DNA of 64,000 nucleotides from an uncultured Alphaproteobacteria bacterium (GTDB lineage Bacteria; Pseudomonadota; Alphaproteobacteria; Acetobacterales; Acetobacteraceae): NCBI GenBank assembly GCA_963756975.1, contig CAVWPS010000002.1, positions 474,507 to 538,506 of the forward strand, read 5' to 3'. Shown piece by piece: positions 60,926 to 64,000 of this stretch (position 1 is its first letter; each line of letters starts with the position of its first letter). The notes under the pieces were generated by a model. It saw only the letters and a program-made list of their open reading frames with translations, ran no database searches and was not told where the DNA came from. The position numbers and the translations under genes were made by a program.

Positions 60926-62278
60926 ATGGCAGCACCCCGCACCGACGCACCGGCGGCACCTCGCGCGGCCTCCCCCGACAACCCGCTCCGGCAGGCATTC
61001 CGCAACGCGATCGCGTTCCCGGTGGCGGGCGTCGCCGCGATGCCCGACCGCGCGCAAATCGAAAAACTGGCCGAGGAGGAGGCGCAGTTCGGCACCGTCG
61101 GCCTGACGGAACGCGGGCTGTCGTCCGGCATGGCGCTCGGCCTGCTCGAACCGGTCGGACGCACGCTGCGCGCCTGGCGGGAAGCGCGGGCACCGTTCGA
61201 CCACGAGCTCGAACCGTTCCGCCCCGACCTCGAGGCGCTGGCCCGGCACGCGGCCGACCTCGCGCGGCAGGCGGCGGCCCGCGACGCGGCACTGACCGAC
61301 GTCGCGCAACGCGCCAACGGCAACTCCCGCTACGTCTCGATCCGGCAGCGCACCCAGGACAGCAAGCTCCGGTTCGACGAGGCGCGCGGCCGCGAGGGCA
61401 ATCGCGACGCCCGGACCTGGGGCGGCTCGATCGGCTACTGGGTGGCGCTGCTCGCGATCTTCGCCGCCGAGTGGCTGATCAACTACGACACCGTGCTGCA
61501 ATTCTTCGGCGTCCGCGCGATCGCGTTCGGCACCACCGCCGTGCTCGCGCTGCTGATCGCGTTCGCGGCGCACGAGCACGGCGTGATCTGGAAACAATGG
61601 TCGTACCGGTTCGCGCAACACCGCACGTCGGCCGAACGATGGAGCGACCGGCGCAACGTCGCGCTCGCCACCCTTGCCCTGTTCCTCGTGCTCGGGGCGG
61701 CCGGCTGGATGCGCTACATCTATGCGTCCAAGGCGCTCGGTCTGGTCAGCCCGTCCGGCAACCTGCTCGGGGCCGAGGCCGGCATCGACATCGATCCCAC
61801 GCGCGACGTGCTGGTGAGCCTGCTGGCCAACGTCGGCGCGTGGCTGGTGGGCGTGTTCATCGCGCTGTTCGCCCATGACCGCGACCCCGATCTGGTCGAC
61901 GCGACGTTGCAGTGGGAGCGGTGGCGGCGACGGTTCGAGCGTGCCGATCGCCGCTATGTCGACGAGCGCGCGACCATCATGGCCAAATACGAGCGCGAAC
62001 GCCTGCAGACCGAAACCGACGCCACCACGCGCCGCCAGCGGGTCGGGCCGCAGGACGACATGCGCCGGCAGGTGGACGCGCATGAGGGCGCCGTCATGGC
62101 CTCCCTCGCATCCCAGTTGCGCGACGCGGTCGGTGTCTATCGCGATTGCCTCGTCCGCATGTCGGCGACCCGCAGCCTCGCCTTCGTCCGTGCGCCGCAG
62201 CAGACATCCATGACGGGGTTCGAAGTCCGCACGATGCCGATTCAGATCGACGAGGAGTTCGTCCGTGCGCAAAGCTGA
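60926..62278 (+). CDS. Hypothetical inner-membrane protein (coiled-coil N-region, ~4 TM helices, charged C-terminal coiled coil)
   Basis: 450 aa. Starts 5 nt after the OmpA-lipoprotein stop. TM segments WVALLAIFAAEWLI, AFGTTAVLALLIAFAA, VALATLALFLVLGAAGW and LLANVGAWLVGVFIALFA. No family recognised. Confidence 0.5.
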   Translation: MAAPRTDAPAAPRAASPDNPLRQAFRNAIAFPVAGVAAMPDRAQIEKLAEEEAQFGTVGLTERGLSSGMALGLLEPVGRTLRAWREARAPFDHELEPFRPDLEALARHAADLARQAAARDAALTDVAQRANGNSRYVSIRQRTQDSKLRFDEARGREGNRDARTWGGSIGYWVALLAIFAAEWLINYDTVLQFFGVRAIAFGTTAVLALLIAFAAHEHGVIWKQWSYRFAQHRTSAERWSDRRNVALATLALFLVLGAAGWMRYIYASKALGLVSPSGNLLGAEAGIDIDPTRDVLVSLLANVGAWLVGVFIALFAHDRDPDLVDATLQWERWRRRFERADRRYVDERATIMAKYERERLQTETDATTRRQRVGPQDDMRRQVDAHEGAVMASLASQLRDAVGVYRDCLVRMSATRSLAFVRAPQQTSMTGFEVRTMPIQIDEEFVRAQS

Positions 62279-63386
62279 TTTATTTCTGGGCCTCGCCCTG
62301 CTGGTGTGCGCCGCCTCCCCCGCCCGCGCGCAGCTGTTCGGCACGCAGGGCCTCGACCCCGCCTACTGCAAGCAGCCGACGCTGCGGCAGACCGTCGTCT
62401 ACGTGGACGACGAGATGCGGCTGAAGCAGCCGGACTGGGCGCGCAAATTGGCCGACAAGCTGCGCGCCACGCTGACGCCGGGCGAATCGGTCGCCGTGGT
62501 CGCCCTCTCGCCCGCCGACGGTACCAGTTCCGAGATCTGGACCGGCTGCTGGCCGAACCTCGGCGACGCGGCACGGGCGGAGGCGGCGGCCGGCACCTAC
62601 GTCTTCTCGCGCAGCCCGCTCGACCAGATCGGCGACCAGCAGCGCTTCTTCGTCCGCGACCTCGGCCTCGCGCTGACCAAGATCGCCAACGACGCCAAGC
62701 CGGTCGAGCCGGTGGAGGGGCACCGGCACAAGCAGCTGCTGCGGGCGCTCGCGTCGGACGGCGGCCGGTTCGCCAACGCCGAGCAGACCGTGCGCGCGAT
62801 CATCTATTCGGACATGGCCGAGGATAGCGACCTCGGCTCCGTCTACGACCCGCTGCCGGCCGACCGGATGGAGTTCGGCGACAAGCTCGGCGCCCATCTG
62901 CGTCACGGCGTGTTCTACGCCTACGGCATGGCCGACGGGTTGCGGCCGGAAGACGGGCTGCCGGAGCGGATGCGCGCCTTCTGGACCCGGGCGCTGGCGT
63001 CCATGTCGGGCGTGGCCGCGGGTCTCGGCTCCGACCTCAACGTGCCGAACGTGCTGCCGGTCCGCGCCACCACGATCCCGGTCGAACTGAAGCTCGGCGA
63101 GGACGCGCTGACCGGGCGGGTGTCGCTGCTGACCGACACCGACGGCACGCTGGTCGATAGCTGGATCGGCGTGTCGCGCCTGTCGATCGCCAAGCTGTCG
63201 GGCACGTTCCGTTGCGCGGCCGGGGCGTCATCGTGCCGGCTGGACGCGACCACCGCGACCGGGTTCGTGACCAGCGGCAACTCGGATCAGCTGGTCATGA
63301 CCGGCCACGACGCGGCGGCGCTGGCCGGCTCGGTCGGCGTGAAGGGGACCGGCTACTGGTATCCGATCAAGGCCGTGACCGAATAA
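62265..63386 (+). CDS. Hypothetical secreted protein
   Basis: 373 aa with signal peptide MRKADLFLGLALLVCAASPARAQ. Overlaps the previous gene by 14 nt, which implies an operon. No family recognised. Confidence 0.5.
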   Translation: MRKADLFLGLALLVCAASPARAQLFGTQGLDPAYCKQPTLRQTVVYVDDEMRLKQPDWARKLADKLRATLTPGESVAVVALSPADGTSSEIWTGCWPNLGDAARAEAAAGTYVFSRSPLDQIGDQQRFFVRDLGLALTKIANDAKPVEPVEGHRHKQLLRALASDGGRFANAEQTVRAIIYSDMAEDSDLGSVYDPLPADRMEFGDKLGAHLRHGVFYAYGMADGLRPEDGLPERMRAFWTRALASMSGVAAGLGSDLNVPNVLPVRATTIPVELKLGEDALTGRVSLLTDTDGTLVDSWIGVSRLSIAKLSGTFRCAAGASSCRLDATTATGFVTSGNSDQLVMTGHDAAALAGSVGVKGTGYWYPIKAVTE

Positions 63387-63399
63387 CTGAAACGCCGAG

Positions 63400-63484
63400 T
63401 GGTGCGGGCGGTCGGAATCGAACCGACACTCCTTGCGGAACCGGATTTTGAGTCCGGCGCGTCTACCAGTTCCACCACGCCCGC
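63400..63484 (-). tRNA. tRNA-Leu (CAA), type II with long variable arm
   Basis: Reverse complement GCGGGCG-TG-GTGG-AACTGGTAGA-CGC...CCGGA-CTCAAAA-TCCGG-TTCCGCAAGGAGTG-TCGGT-TCGATTC-CGACC-GCCCGCA-CCA. Confidence 0.8.
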
Positions 63485-63555
63485 GTCCGCGCCCGGCATA
63501 GCGCAAGCATCCCACGCTTGCCACCCCGGGACGCCCGCGTTAGAACGCGCGCCGA

Positions 63556-63631
63556 TCCCGAATAGCTCAGTTGGTAGAGCAAGCGACTGTTAATCGCTCG
63601 GTCGTAGGTTCGAGTCCTACTTCGGGAGCCA
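63556..63631 (+). tRNA. tRNA-Asn (GTT)
   Basis: TCCCGAA-TA-GCTC-AGTTGGTAGAGC-A-AGCGA-CTGTTAA-TCGCT-CGGTC-GTAGG-TTCGAGT-CCTAC-TTCGGGA-G-CCA. Confidence 0.85.
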
Positions 63632-63816
63632 CTTTCCCCGCACGACACGCCAGCACTCGTGCGGCCGAGTGCGCCGCTCGGCAAGGCACCACCCCGGCGG
63701 CCGGAACACCTTTTTTCCGCGACCGCACCAAGCGATCGAACGATCCACCCGTTCCGGTGTTGTACGGACCGCCGCGACGAACCGTCCGGCCCGGAAACCC
63801 GAAGGACCGAACCCCA

Positions 63817-64000
63817 TGCGCCGCACCACCATGATCGCCCTCGCAATCGCGAGCCCGCTCGCCCTGGCCGCCTGTCACGGCCAGACCGGGCCGGCGTCGT
63901 CGGGCCTCGGCAGCAGCGCGCCGAATGCGGTCTCCAGCGCCGCAGGCGGCGACGCCGGCGGCGGCGACAACCGGTTCACCCGCGAGCAGGTGACACCCGG
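63817..64000 (+). CDS. Putative lipoprotein, 5' fragment (runs off window)
   Basis: MRRTTMIALAIASPLALAACHG lipobox signal after the tRNA-Asn gene. Confidence 0.4.

Overview
High-GC (~68-70%) alphaproteobacterial chromosomal window, dominated by core housekeeping genes. One conserved block is the GST fragment, class-III aminotransferase, MFS/AraC pair and the pcm-tRNACys-tonB / tolC-popZ-valS-purU synteny typical of Alphaproteobacteria. Further housekeeping genes are opgGH, galM plus a ribose-type ABC importer, ettA, ppa and metH with its ArsR-methyltransferase partner and ada. Accessory-looking parts are: (i) a ~11 kb minus-strand cluster with a type I secretion ABC/HlyD pair, a signal-less Sel1-repeat protein, a 1044-aa TPR-GT2-GT4 glycosyltransferase, an Ala/Pro-rich hypothetical and a GT4; (ii) a 3-gene OmpA-lipoprotein / 4-TM coiled-coil protein / secreted protein operon ending at a tRNA-Leu/tRNA-Asn pair; (iii) a two-gene ligase-associated DNA-damage-response module (MBL exonuclease + ATP-dependent ligase); (iv) a DJ-1/PfpI - luciferase-like - dienelactone-hydrolase operon under a divergent LysR. 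Three copies of an ~85-bp palindromic REP-like repeat (core GGGAGAGGGCCGGGGTGAGGG) sit just past stop codons. Five well-conserved genes (SGNH hydrolase, VOC, MDR oxidoreductase, Uma2 endonuclease, ada) each carry an apparent single-base frameshift, and a VIT gene is truncated beside a low-GC scar. This suggests either indel errors in the assembly or real pseudogenes. Many long GC-rich antisense ORFs in the supplied track are artefacts. No CRISPR, IS/transposase or rRNA was seen. All calls rest on motif and family recognition without database searches.
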